This document shows positions 10,146-20,701 of a stretch of 54,633 nt of DNA, in pieces. The stretch comes from Paramoeba atlantica (lineage: Eukaryota; Protista; Discosea). A program made the translations under genes and the position numbers. The stretch spans positions 1 to 54,633 of the forward strand of contig CDRNVI010000064.1 in NCBI GenBank assembly GCA_977017575.1. Direction: 5' to 3'. How positions within the stretch are numbered: position 1 is the first letter of the stretch; every line of letters begins with the position of its first letter. A model generated the notes under the pieces. It did not search any database. It was given only the letters and a program-made list of their open reading frames with translations, and was not told the DNA's origin.

Positions 10146-12041
10146 CTAGTTCTGTGAAGGAAATTGGTAATACGGTTGGGCACTGTACATCGCTGCGGTA
10201 GACCCGGGCGCTGGATTCGCTTCATGCGGGTAGGCCCGGTAGCCATACTCCCCAGCACGCTCCGCATACCCCGATGCGGGGCCCCGGGTAGTCCCTGGGC
10301 CATAGTATACCCCACTCGGAGCGTACCCTGGCGTACCCGTGGCATAGACCGGGGGAGCATAGGGTTTTCCTCCGTAATACCGCCCCGGGTGTGGGGACTG
10401 GGGAAAAGCACCGTATCCCTCCCCGGTGGGAGAGCCACCCCCCCTACTTCCCCCACCCCCCCGGCGACCGTACCGCCGACTCGCGGCCTTCGCCTCCACG
10501 AGACGTGCCAGGAACGGCGGCACCTCTTGCTGCGCCTCACGCAACACCGTGGCGAGTTCCCCCGCCAGCGACGCATCCTGCGTTGGGGTAAAAAACCCCA
10601 ACGCCGTGCCCTGATTCCCCACACGACCGGTACGCCCAATTCGGTGCACATAGTCCTCAATCGTGTTGGGGAGGTCATACTGCACCACCAGCCCCACATG
10701 CGGGATATCCAACCCCCGACTCGCGACATCCGTCGCCAGCAACACCGGGACGGCCCCGGAGCGAAACGCCCCCAGCGCCCTCTCCCGCTCGCTCTGGCCC
10801 TTATCCCCGTGAATACTCACCGCGGGCAGCCCCCGGCTCTGCAGCCCCCGTCGCACCCCCTCGACGTGCCTCTTGCGCTGGATGAACACCAGCGCGCGCT
10901 CCGACGCCGAGACCCCCCCCCGCAGGGCCTCACACAGGCGGTCCAGCTTGTGCGGGGGCTCGAGCTCGAGCAGGTGCTGGGCGATGCTCGCGGTGGTGGC
11001 ACCGAGGCGCCCGACGGTGAGGCGGACGAAGGCGGGGCGCAGGAGGCGTCTCGCGAGGTCCTGGATCTCGCGCGGGAAGGTGGCGCTGAACATCAGCGTG
11101 CGGCGCTGCTCCGGGAGGGGCATGTCGGAGTGCACCACGAGGGCGCGCATCTGGGGCTCGAACCCCATGTCGAGCATGCGGTCCGCCTCGTCGAGGATGA
11201 GGAAGCGGACGGCGTCGAGGGCGAGGGTGGCGCGCTGGTGGTAGTCGAGCAGGCGGCCGGGGGCGGCGACGAGGAGGTCGGAGCCGCGGCGGAGGGAACG
11301 GAGCTGGTTGTGGATGTCGGTGCCGCCGTAGGCGACGGCGACCTGGAGGGGGGTGCGGAAGCAGAACTTGCGGGCCTCCATGTGGATTTGGATGACAAGC
11401 TCCCGTGTGGGGGCGAGGATGACGCAGTGGGGTCGCACAACGTGGACCTCGGAGGAGGGGGTAGGGGGGGAAGAGACGGGGGCAGGCGTGTCCCCCTCGG
11501 AACGGGAACGAAGCAACGCCGTGATGGTGGGTAGCAAAAACGCGGCGGTTTTTCCACTCCCGGTTTGTGCACAGGCCATCACGTCGTGGCCTGCGAGAGC
11601 GAGCGGAATGGTGTATTGCTGTACTGGGGTGGGAGTTTGGTACGCACAACGCTGGATGTTCTCCCGTAAGGTGGGAGGAAAGGACACATCATCGAAGTTC
11701 TCCATCGGGGGCTCGACGTCGGGAGGGGTCGTATGGACAGGAATAGCGGCGTACTCTTGAAAGTTAATTCCTTGGGACACTCCTGTGGTCCGAAACAGTT
11801 CCAAGACTTCGGCCTCGTCTTCCTGGGCGCGCCGATCGCGACCCCCATAGGTGTGACTGCCGTCATGGAACACACGACGAGAGTGGGCAGGTGGACGCAT
11901 GCCAGCTCCTCGGTGGGACCCGCGCCATTCTGGGTTGCCTCTGCTGGAGTATCCACGGGATGGTAGGGCCGAAGGGTGATAGGGATCGGATATACTGGGG
12001 GCGTAGGAAGGCTCCTCGCGACGGTGAGGGGGAACGTACAT
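10146..12041 (-). CDS. DED1: DEAD-box RNA helicase, Ded1/DDX3 family
   Basis: Q motif, MACAQTGSGKTAAF, LDEADRMLDMGFEPQ, MFSATFP, YVHRIGRTGRVGNQG, and RGG/Tyr-rich termini. Confidence 0.9.
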   Translation of the reverse strand: MYVPPHRREEPSYAPSISDPYHPSALPSRGYSSRGNPEWRGSHRGAGMRPPAHSRRVFHDGSHTYGGRDRRAQEDEAEVLELFRTTGVSQGINFQEYAAIPVHTTPPDVEPPMENFDDVSFPPTLRENIQRCAYQTPTPVQQYTIPLALAGHDVMACAQTGSGKTAAFLLPTITALLRSRSEGDTPAPVSSPPTPSSEVHVVRPHCVILAPTRELVIQIHMEARKFCFRTPLQVAVAYGGTDIHNQLRSLRRGSDLLVAAPGRLLDYHQRATLALDAVRFLILDEADRMLDMGFEPQMRALVVHSDMPLPEQRRTLMFSATFPREIQDLARRLLRPAFVRLTVGRLGATTASIAQHLLELEPPHKLDRLCEALRGGVSASERALVFIQRKRHVEGVRRGLQSRGLPAVSIHGDKGQSERERALGAFRSGAVPVLLATDVASRGLDIPHVGLVVQYDLPNTIEDYVHRIGRTGRVGNQGTALGFFTPTQDASLAGELATVLREAQQEVPPFLARLVEAKAASRRYGRRGGGGSRGGGSPTGEGYGAFPQSPHPGRYYGGKPYAPPVYATGTPGYAPSGVYYGPGTTRGPASGYAERAGEYGYRAYPHEANPAPGSTAAMYSAQPYYQFPSQN

Positions 12042-12268
12042 GTTGGAGACGAGATAAATTAATTATAAAAGCTAAGAGTTTTCATTTGAAATCACAAGTT
12101 AATTTTAGTTAATGCTGTGTCTAAATCTTGTACGCACGTAAGCTCGTGTTTGCCGCCATTGTATACGCTACTGTACTCTGAAAAAAATGTTGATTTTACT
12201 CCGAAAGAATGTAAACGGTGCGAATCTGTCGCGACAGATTCACGACTTGCATTTCTATTTTTACCTCT

Positions 12269-15200
12269 TTAATCCAAATACAACCGGGTGCGAATCCCCA
12301 CGCTCGCGAGCTCCATAACTAACAATCGCAGCACCTGGGGGATATCTATCAACGGAATCGTCCCCTCTTGGGTGGGCTGCGCCCCCGGCCCTCCCTCCTC
12401 ACCTTCACCTGCCGCATCCAGCGCATCTCGCGTCCCCGCCTGGGCCTCACAAAACATACACACCTTCCAAGTCCCAAGTTGTGTCGATACCCTCTCCTGC
12501 AGTGCTAGCATCCCCCCACAGCGGCGACACACGTATGCGCGGGTGTGGTCCGAAGCGTACAGCAACCGGTCCCGAACCAGTGCCGCGGCCCCGTGGCTTA
12601 ACAACGCGTCCCGTTCCATCTCCCCGACACGCACCCCACCATGCCGCTTTCGTCCGTGGACGGGTTGCCCGGTGCGCTGTACCACACGGTGGGTAGTGTG
12701 ATCCGTACGCCCACGGACTTGCCACTTATCTGCGACCATGTGCCGCAACCTTTGGTAGCCCACTACCCCGACAAACAGCCCCACCTCCATGGGTTCCCCC
12801 GTCATTCCGTTGTAGAACACCTCCGTACCGGCCCGGGCGTATCCCAGCGCCCCAAGACGCTCCCCAAGTCTAAGCGCACTAAGTGGCTTATCCGAGGTGA
12901 GGGCCCAAGGGGAGGCGTCGGTGAGCGACCCGCCCACCGCACTGGCCTTACCCGCAATCATCTCCAGCATCATCCCTACCGCCATACGGCTGGGGAAGGC
13001 ATGAGGGTTGATGAGAATATCCGGGACCATACCCCCGGTCTCGGTGAACGGGAGATCAACCCGTGGCATCACCATCCCGACCGTACCCTTTTGTCCGTGC
13101 CGACTACAGAACTTATCCCCGACGACGGGGGGACGACACAAACGAAGGATGAGGAGAAATTTCGTAGGGTCCGGGCCGTCAAACTCTGTCGGGACCGCGG
13201 CATGGACAAACCCAGACTCCTCCTTTCCCAGATGGGACCACGGGAATACTTTGTGGTCAAGATACCGCACGGAGCCGTCGCTGTGACGGATTTTTCGTGC
13301 TATCACAAACACAGGGGTGTGGGAGGCGTAGACCGGGGCCCCAGCGTGTGAAGAAGAAGAATAAGACCTAGCAGCCCCGGGGGCAGTCGTAGCCGACCCA
13401 TCAAGGGAGGGTGGTGAAGCTACCGGTGGTTCCCCCCTCCTCCCCGCGGCCATCCCATCCAACGTCACCTTGCGTGTCTCCGGTAACCCATCCAACCGTA
13501 CCCCGGGGTACACACATTGGTTGAACCGGTCCAAATTATGAAACACCATGGTGATTTGCGGTCCCCCGCCCTCTGTTTTATTATTGTTATTCGAGGACCC
13601 CAGGCGTACCTTCTCCGCGGCTACCACCTCCCGGCAAAGGGTTTGGTAGACCGCAAAGAGCCCACTCTGGGTGGCACTCTGGCTGAGCACCAGCGCGTCC
13701 TCCATGTCCTGTCCGGAGTAGGACATGACCCCGAGCACGGGGTTCAGACACACACTGCTGTGGTCCATTACCCCGTGGGTCTCGAAGGCGGAGGTACGCA
13801 CGAGGCTGCGGTGGGTGGAGGCCATGTGGTAGTACTTGGTGTCGGTGCGGTACGATGTGGTCGCGAGTGCGGGTCCAATGGATTGTTTCGTAATCCCACA
13901 TTGGAACAGGTTACGCGGGGAACAGTTGTGTTCAAAGAACGGGATGACGCTCGCGGTGAGACTAAGGAGGTGGGTGGAGGGACGGGGCTCGGTGTAGTCG
14001 TGGGTGTGGGCCTCCGTGCGGGCGTCGTGGAGATCGGCATAGACGGAGGCGATGTTTAGATAGGTCTGTTCCCATACCCCGATGTGAAGCTTGTCTCCGG
14101 TGGGGAGGTGTTGGATGGGTCGCATCAAACGCCCCGGTGTGGTGAAGAGGTACAGAACGGAAAAAGTGGCGGAGAGGGAGACGGCGACCACCTCAATGTG
14201 ACACAGCGGAGAACCACGGCGCCGTTTCTCTCCGCGTAGGATCTCACAACACGAAGTCACAGAGGGGGTGGATACGAACCCCAAGAGCGCGCCGTCCAAC
14301 ATGACGGTTGTCATCCCCTCGTAGCGCTGCCACACAGGTGTGAGCTCAGTTGGGTACAAATGCTCTCTCAGTAACTGCTGGACGGCATCCCCTACATCGT
14401 ATTCCACCGGTTTCCCATTGGACGTACTGTCCGATAAACTCACGCGGGCGCCAAGCGTGAGATGGTTCTGCACCCCACAGGCCTCCCCATCCGGGGTGTG
14501 GACCACACAGTAGAATCCCCAAGACTCGGTACGGCACCGTCGGACCTCTGTGCTTCGCATTTCGAGGATATGCCGACCGCGGTGTACCCCACGAAGGAGT
14601 TCCGCGACACGGTAGAAATTTAACCGCTCACAGCTCACCGAGAGACCCATGACTTGGGGCACAGGGGTGGGGAGGGAGCGGTCGGGGGTGTAGGACCCAG
14701 TGGTGAAGATCCGGGACAGTGGTTTCAGAACCCCACGTAGCGGGGTGCGCAGTATGGTGGACAGCTCCGGGAGCAGCACTGTTTTACGGTCCCGCCCACG
14801 AAGATGGGTGAGATGGGGGGAGGAGCACACCGCGGCGACGTTTCGCGCCCCACTGGCGAGTCCACGTAACACACAGCTCTCTAACACCCCACTGAGGAGG
14901 TTGCCCAATGTAAACACCTCCTGGTGACTCGGGAGGTCGAGGTTGTCCTTGGGGAGGGTGTCGTCCACGAAGGCGTAGAGCTGGCGTAGGAGGTGGACGA
15001 GGAGCTCAAATTTTCGCTCGCGTTCAGCGCATGCACGTGCCAGGACGTCCTCGTTGGGGTCTGGAAGAAGCTCGCGCTCAAACGAATCCTCGGAGTTCAA
15101 ATGGGGGAACAGATAGCGGTGCAGCACGTAGCGTCCGTACCACACATCCGGGTGTTGTGGAGGCGCATGGGCCCCAGAGGGCTCACACTCCGGCAGCAGT

Positions 15201-17137
15201 GTTGTCGCGCCCAGCGGATTACCAAACTTTCGACGGTGCTGAGTCTGAGCCTCGCGGATGAGTCTGCCGAGCAGCATTGTGTGCGGAAGAGCCCCTAGGA
15301 CTTGGCCGTAGGTCTGGGCGAGATGGTGCCGTAGCAGTGCCTCCACACGGCCCACCGTGATTTCGGATGTAATTCCCGCGGAGAGGATGTGGAACACCCC
15401 CGCATGAGTCACTTCTCGTAGAGCACACAGCAACAACAAAAATGGGACGTATTGTACTTTTCGACCCAGGGGAAGAGAGACAACCACCTCGGCACTGCGC
15501 AGGTAGTGGATAAAAGTAGGAAGAACGCGGCCGGAGCGTGTCTTGGAGCGGAACTGGATCGCTTTCTCGGAGAAGTTGTCGCCGTGTTTGCACAGCCCGG
15601 GGCGTTGGGTAAGTAGAGGGGTGTTGCTACGCGGGACACTGAGCAGTCGGAGTATTTTTTCTGAACCGTTGATGACAAAATACCCCCCAGCGAGCATCGG
15701 CTCGTGCTGGGCCTCGCGCCACGGGATACCCAACGCCTTCATGTGGGTGAGAACACAGTGGGCACTCCCGACCATAGTCGGCACTTCTCCTGCCTTCATC
15801 CAGAAAAAGGCGCTAGGGGGAATCAGTTCAGTAGGATAGCGGTGACCTTGGGAATCTACCACGCGCTCTGAGTGCTCCACAGTGGCGGAAGTAAAAAACC
15901 TCTCGGAATCGTTCGCTGCGTCAATCCCCAAGTCAACCGAGATCGCATGGGGTACACTCGATAAAGGGGAGTCCCGTCGTAGCTGAAAGCGAAACGCAAT
16001 TCTCCAGTACAGAGGCTCCTGGTAGGAAGTGCCAAGCCGGACATGACGTGCGGGAGCGAGATAGCCAGCGGCTACACGCAGCAGACTCCCATAAAGCGTC
16101 TCCGATGTGCGAACTAGCTGACCCCAGTCTGTGTGTCGTCGCGTAACCAGGTGTTCGTATACTGTTGCGGGGTCACGTGTGTGTTTGGGGATTTCATACC
16201 GTCCATACGTATCCGCATCCCACGCATAAAGATGCTGTGCGTCAAACCAAATCTTATTTGATTTCGCCTCGAAGGCCGTCGTTAGGTCCAACCACTGCTG
16301 ATGGAGATCTGCCACGTTTTGTAAAGTCGTTGTGACGTGCAGCAGGTTTTGTCGTACCTCATCGCATTTTTCAACCGAGACATGTGTCCCGACGTGTGTG
16401 GTGTATCGCTCCTGGAGCGCACGGAGGTGATCCTGCTCCTTCTCTAAAGACGAAAACACGGTACGAAACTTTTCTGTCATTGATTGAACGTAGCACGCGG
16501 AGGTCTCCAGGGAGGGGTGACATATGCCCACAGCTACACGGTTGCACTGAACGCTAATCGTGGAGCCGTCCTTGCCAAGGGGTTGGGTAGCCATGACGCC
16601 TTGTTGGGTGTGCTCGGTAATCAGTCGGGGGAGGTCATGACGTAAGGCATCGTCCCACATGGAGGTGTGTAGACTACAGAGCTCGGAGACACTCTTGTCC
16701 ACACCTCCAAGAATACCATTGAGTGATGAGTCGACAGGGGACGAGGTCGCGCCCGAAGACGCGTATTGAGGTTGCAGGAGGAGTAGGTTTTGCAACGAAC
16801 CCTGTATTTGAAGCAGGAGATTGTACTTGTGAGAAATTGGGAGTGTGTGGGGGTCCGGGTCTCGTTGAAGGCTATGTATCTGATCCAGTAATTCTCGTGC
16901 AATAGGAGGCACTTCCTTTTTCCTTGGCGAAATGTACTTCACAGCCCTTTTGCGATCCGGCAATTCCCCTCTGGGCAGTGATAAACGGGTCCGGAGACTT
17001 ATCACAAAGTCATCCAATTTGGGTGTTTTTTCCAACTCCAGTATTTGATCAAAAGATTCAATTTGCTCACGAAGAGTGAGATCAATCCATTGCCAAGCTC
17101 TGTCCTCCTGAGAACTTGTGTCACATGCTGAGCTCAT
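12269..17137 (-). CDS. RPA2: RNA polymerase I second-largest subunit
   Basis: GGYFVINGSEKILR, ESWGFYCVVHTPDGEACG, GDKFCSRHGQKG, PDILINPHAFPSRM, GQPVHGRKRHGGVRVGEMERD and a C-terminal Zn ribbon. Motif variants fit Pol I better than Pol II/III. ATG assumed at 17137; the frame is open to 17362. Confidence 0.88.
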   Translation of the reverse strand: MSSACDTSSQEDRAWQWIDLTLREQIESFDQILELEKTPKLDDFVISLRTRLSLPRGELPDRKRAVKYISPRKKEVPPIARELLDQIHSLQRDPDPHTLPISHKYNLLLQIQGSLQNLLLLQPQYASSGATSSPVDSSLNGILGGVDKSVSELCSLHTSMWDDALRHDLPRLITEHTQQGVMATQPLGKDGSTISVQCNRVAVGICHPSLETSACYVQSMTEKFRTVFSSLEKEQDHLRALQERYTTHVGTHVSVEKCDEVRQNLLHVTTTLQNVADLHQQWLDLTTAFEAKSNKIWFDAQHLYAWDADTYGRYEIPKHTRDPATVYEHLVTRRHTDWGQLVRTSETLYGSLLRVAAGYLAPARHVRLGTSYQEPLYWRIAFRFQLRRDSPLSSVPHAISVDLGIDAANDSERFFTSATVEHSERVVDSQGHRYPTELIPPSAFFWMKAGEVPTMVGSAHCVLTHMKALGIPWREAQHEPMLAGGYFVINGSEKILRLLSVPRSNTPLLTQRPGLCKHGDNFSEKAIQFRSKTRSGRVLPTFIHYLRSAEVVVSLPLGRKVQYVPFLLLLCALREVTHAGVFHILSAGITSEITVGRVEALLRHHLAQTYGQVLGALPHTMLLGRLIREAQTQHRRKFGNPLGATTLLPECEPSGAHAPPQHPDVWYGRYVLHRYLFPHLNSEDSFERELLPDPNEDVLARACAERERKFELLVHLLRQLYAFVDDTLPKDNLDLPSHQEVFTLGNLLSGVLESCVLRGLASGARNVAAVCSSPHLTHLRGRDRKTVLLPELSTILRTPLRGVLKPLSRIFTTGSYTPDRSLPTPVPQVMGLSVSCERLNFYRVAELLRGVHRGRHILEMRSTEVRRCRTESWGFYCVVHTPDGEACGVQNHLTLGARVSLSDSTSNGKPVEYDVGDAVQQLLREHLYPTELTPVWQRYEGMTTVMLDGALLGFVSTPSVTSCCEILRGEKRRRGSPLCHIEVVAVSLSATFSVLYLFTTPGRLMRPIQHLPTGDKLHIGVWEQTYLNIASVYADLHDARTEAHTHDYTEPRPSTHLLSLTASVIPFFEHNCSPRNLFQCGITKQSIGPALATTSYRTDTKYYHMASTHRSLVRTSAFETHGVMDHSSVCLNPVLGVMSYSGQDMEDALVLSQSATQSGLFAVYQTLCREVVAAEKVRLGSSNNNNKTEGGGPQITMVFHNLDRFNQCVYPGVRLDGLPETRKVTLDGMAAGRRGEPPVASPPSLDGSATTAPGAARSYSSSSHAGAPVYASHTPVFVIARKIRHSDGSVRYLDHKVFPWSHLGKEESGFVHAAVPTEFDGPDPTKFLLILRLCRPPVVGDKFCSRHGQKGTVGMVMPRVDLPFTETGGMVPDILINPHAFPSRMAVGMMLEMIAGKASAVGGSLTDASPWALTSDKPLSALRLGERLGALGYARAGTEVFYNGMTGEPMEVGLFVGVVGYQRLRHMVADKWQVRGRTDHTTHRVVQRTGQPVHGRKRHGGVRVGEMERDALLSHGAAALVRDRLLYASDHTRAYVCRRCGGMLALQERVSTQLGTWKVCMFCEAQAGTRDALDAAGEGEEGGPGAQPTQEGTIPLIDIPQVLRLLVMELASVGIRTRLYLD

Positions 17138-17455
17138 AGGATATTGTATTCTGTTTGATGTATTTGATATGCAGAAAAAAAGAAAACTAGAGAACAAAAA
17201 ATAATTTAGAAGATGTAAGGTAATATTTTGTGAGCTATAATTCAACGAAAATTTATATTTTTCGTTAAAATTGGATGGGTAATCTGCCTGTTTAAGAAAA
17301 CTTAGGCTTGAAGAATAATACGCGTAACTTAGGCGACCTAAGGGAGATCTGGAGCCCCGCAACCGACTACAGCACTAAATTTTGACTTCAAATACGTTCT
17401 TGCAACGTTGGTCTGTTTTGGTATGCATATACGAAAGGGGAGAAGTGATCTTTAT

Positions 17456-18945
17456 CTACGTAGAAAAAAGGTGTCGGAAGAAAGTGGTATCGGGAGAAAA
17501 TGCGTCCCACGTTTGGAGCTGTGATGTCGTCCCGAACACCAAATCGTGTTTCAAATATCGATTCCGGAGACCATCCATTCTTCTTAAGAAGCTACTTTTC
17601 CGGCGGCGTGTTTGCCTTCCCGTTCGATTCCACTTCAGGGGATAATATACCAGATGGACCCCAAGCGGGGTCTCCACGACATCTGACAACGACCCTGGGG
17701 AAAGCGCCCACAGAACATCCCTTAGAATATTGAGCGAGGGACCATACTCCCTTTTCGCCTCCAAGGGAGGCATTTTCCCGCCCTGTGTTTTCCCACTCGA
17801 ACATTCGGAGTGCTGGGAGGCATAATCCGCATAGTGCTCTTTATCCTGAATCAAACTGTACCGTATGGTTTGTAGACGCCAGTGTGCCTCAAAAGGGGAC
17901 CGGGTAACGGGCTGCGCTCCCCAAGTGGGGCGCAGACTTTTGGTGTGCTTGAGAAGAATGTGGTACCCCACTCGTGTAGGTCCGGCAATCATGGACTCGG
18001 GCGCCGACACCGTACACGAGCTTTCTGGCTGTGAAACCTCCAACAAAGGGCTTGCAGCAACAGGGGCCGTGTTCGACTCCTCCTTCACCTCAAAAACAGA
18101 ACCCGGTACCCCACCCAAATCCACACCTCCCTCTTTTCCCACCTCCACCTTCCCTCCCTCCCCACCCCCCACCCCCCCCTCCCCCATCTCCCTTATAAAC
18201 CCCTCCACCTCCCTCCTCACCCCCCTCCCCCCGCCCCCCCTCCGCAGCCGGTACACCCGGCTACTCCCGCCGGTGCGCACCCACTGCCCCTCCGGCCACA
18301 GCACCGGGACCGCGGGCGCCACCCGCACCCCGTTCACGAAGGTGCCGTGGGTGGAGCGCAGGTCCACGAGGTAGACCCCCCCGGCGCGGTGGTGGACGAG
18401 CGCGAGGTGGACCCGGGAGCAGCTGGGGTGGTGCAGCGGGATGTCGCACACCGCGGGGTGGGTCCCGAGCAGGTAGGTGCGGTGGGCGTGGAGCGACACG
18501 GTGGCGACGCGCTGGGGGGCGGGGGCGCGGGAGCCGGAGCGGAAGACCTCGAGGGAGGGCGCGGCGGGGGAGGGGGGGGCGGGGGGAGGGCGGCCCAGGG
18601 GGGCGGGGTGAAGTACGGCGACTGCAGGGCGTGCTTGCGAGAGGGGGGGAGGGGGGAGGGGGAGGGGGTAGACGGGGGAGGGGAGGGGGAGCGTTGGGGA
18701 GGAGGGGGTGGTGGGGTTGGGGATGAAGGGGGTAGGGTGGGAGAAAGGGGGGGGGTTGGGGTGGGAGTGGGTTGTGATGGGGGAGGGTTCTGGGTTTTTG
18801 TTTTTGTGGCTTTATTGTGTTGTGGTGGGGGAGGGGTAGGGTGGAGGGGACGTGAGGTGAGAGGTCGGGAGGGACGTAGTTGGGTGTAGAAAGGGGTTTG
18901 ACGGAGAGTGGCCCAGTCGGGTTCATTGGGACCAGAGGCAGACAT
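17456..18945 (-). CDS. FHA + parvulin peptidyl-prolyl isomerase (Par45-like), with an apparent one-base indel at ~18555-18595
   Basis: FHA domain (YLLG...DIPLHHPSCSRVH...DLRSTHGTFVNG) and parvulin domain (HILLKH...SECSS...GG...VVETPLGVHL). The N-terminal frame (MSASG...YFTPPPWAALP) switches frame in a C-run before LEVFRSG. Confidence 0.8.
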
Positions 18946-19109
18946 GGTAGGGAAGGAAAGGAGCTACGGTAGGTGTAGGGTAGGGTAAGTTTTACGAGTC
19001 GAATTCAAAGGAATATTTTCTATGGATGGAAGAAGAGTTGTTTTTAGCGAGCATAAAATATAAATTGAACTTTGCAATTTCTACAAAAACGGGAAAAGTA
19101 GATAACGCT

Positions 19110-20366
19110 TTAGATTTTCGTATCATGAACATTTTCGTCCTGTTTATCGTGTAGCGCAACCACATCCTGTATATCGTCTAAAATAGGAAGGATTTGCTTT
19201 ATCAAAATATTCCTGGAATGGTGACACGCATCGTCACAGATCGTGTGTTTTCGGGATTTGGTCCCATTTCCAAAAGTTGAATTTTCCGTTTTCTCAGGTG
19301 AAGGCGCGAAAACTACGCTACTTTGTTCTGCATTCGAAGTCTGTAACACATCGTCCATGAGAACTTTTTTTGCATTGACGCTTTCCATCCATTGTATTCC
19401 TTTTGTGGTCGTACATAGAAATAACAAGAACTCAACCTGAGCGCTGCACAGCTCCGCCCAACCCTTGTAGAGATCACGCCGCAGAAACTCCAAAACAGAG
19501 TCTGGAATCGCGGCGCCAATCATGGCACTATGGTATCCCTCATGTTTGTGAAGTGCTATGTTACGAAAAAGAAGAAGCAAATGCATTATCCCTGGAGGGT
19601 TATGCGCCACGCAAGGTTTGGCCCAAAGTTTGAGGAGGTTATGGAAGTGGATCAGGGCGTTGGGATAGGACAGTAGAGTGTCCACACCTACCCGTTCGCA
19701 CATTAAATTGGATATAATCTGAATTCCCCATCTCACGCTCGGCATTTCCATAGTAAGACAGAGAAGTACTTGCAACAATTTCTCAAGATATTGCCCCTGA
19801 CGATCAGTCGAGGTTACTTGGAGAAAAGAAGGCACTACGGAGGCACCATCGACACTTGTGATATTATTAAGTAACATAAAAATGAGGGACAACGAAGCAT
19901 TGTCGGAATAAGAGCTTTTCGTTGTAGAATTCTCAGGAGAATCGTCCAGATCACCTTCACTTTTTGGTTGATGACTGGATATAAATTCTAAGAAACGCAT
20001 AAGCTTCGCGATCCCATGAGATTCGGAAATGATACGGGCAGTACGAAGGCAGTACTCCGGGTGAGCGGTTAGGTTGGTCAGTGTAGTTAACAGCGTTCCG
20101 TGAAGCAGCATATTTTCTGGTGTTAACAGATGCAGAAGCTTCTCTATGATTTCCGGTTGCAACAGAGCTTCAAAAAGTGTCACAGGTTCACAAGAACTAG
20201 AACATACAGCAAGTATGTCAACTGCACGTTTGCGTAACTCAATGCGCGAGCTGGAAAGCATTTGAAGTACGACGTCGTGATCGCTCATAACAAAGAGTAA
20301 ATCAAGCAGGGTTAGATGTGTAGATGCGAAAAAATTTCTGTAAGTGTGCAAGTGGGTTCGTTCCAT
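19110..20366 (-). CDS. ARM/HEAT-repeat-like helical protein (HGH1-like possible)
   Basis: 418-aa Leu-rich helical ORF (RIELRKRAVDIL, TLTNLT, MLLNNIT, IISNL). The family call is tentative; alternative start at 20288. Confidence 0.6.
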   Translation of the reverse strand: MERTHLHTYRNFFASTHLTLLDLLFVMSDHDVVLQMLSSSRIELRKRAVDILAVCSSSCEPVTLFEALLQPEIIEKLLHLLTPENMLLHGTLLTTLTNLTAHPEYCLRTARIISESHGIAKLMRFLEFISSHQPKSEGDLDDSPENSTTKSSYSDNASLSLIFMLLNNITSVDGASVVPSFLQVTSTDRQGQYLEKLLQVLLCLTMEMPSVRWGIQIISNLMCERVGVDTLLSYPNALIHFHNLLKLWAKPCVAHNPPGIMHLLLLFRNIALHKHEGYHSAMIGAAIPDSVLEFLRRDLYKGWAELCSAQVEFLLFLCTTTKGIQWMESVNAKKVLMDDVLQTSNAEQSSVVFAPSPEKTENSTFGNGTKSRKHTICDDACHHSRNILIKQILPILDDIQDVVALHDKQDENVHDTKI

Positions 20367-20701
20367 TAAATAAATTTTACACGCGAAGCATACACGTTGT
20401 ATGCTTCGCGTATTTCACATGTACAGTAAAAATAAGAATTCTGAGGATCACTAAAAATCCGAATTCGGCTGTCAACGTGCAACTAGGAAAAATGAGAATG
20501 TGATTTCGAAAGTGAGAATGCGGCTCGGAATAATCGTATCAACGTGGAACTCCATTTGAGTACCAAAAATGAGAATACTTAGACAAATTCTTGACTAGTT
20601 TTACCATGCATTCGTGAGTACGGTACTTAGGTACTCAAATGAGTACCTAGAGCCTTACTTTTTTAATCGCTTCGTTAAACGCGGTGGTTGTTTTCAACAT
20701 A

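Noticed and set aside
10164-11534. Long plus-strand ORFs opposite DED1, RPA2, Par45, mS29 and the Cys-rich gene
   Set aside because: Shadow ORFs of GC-rich coding sequence with no recognisable motifs.
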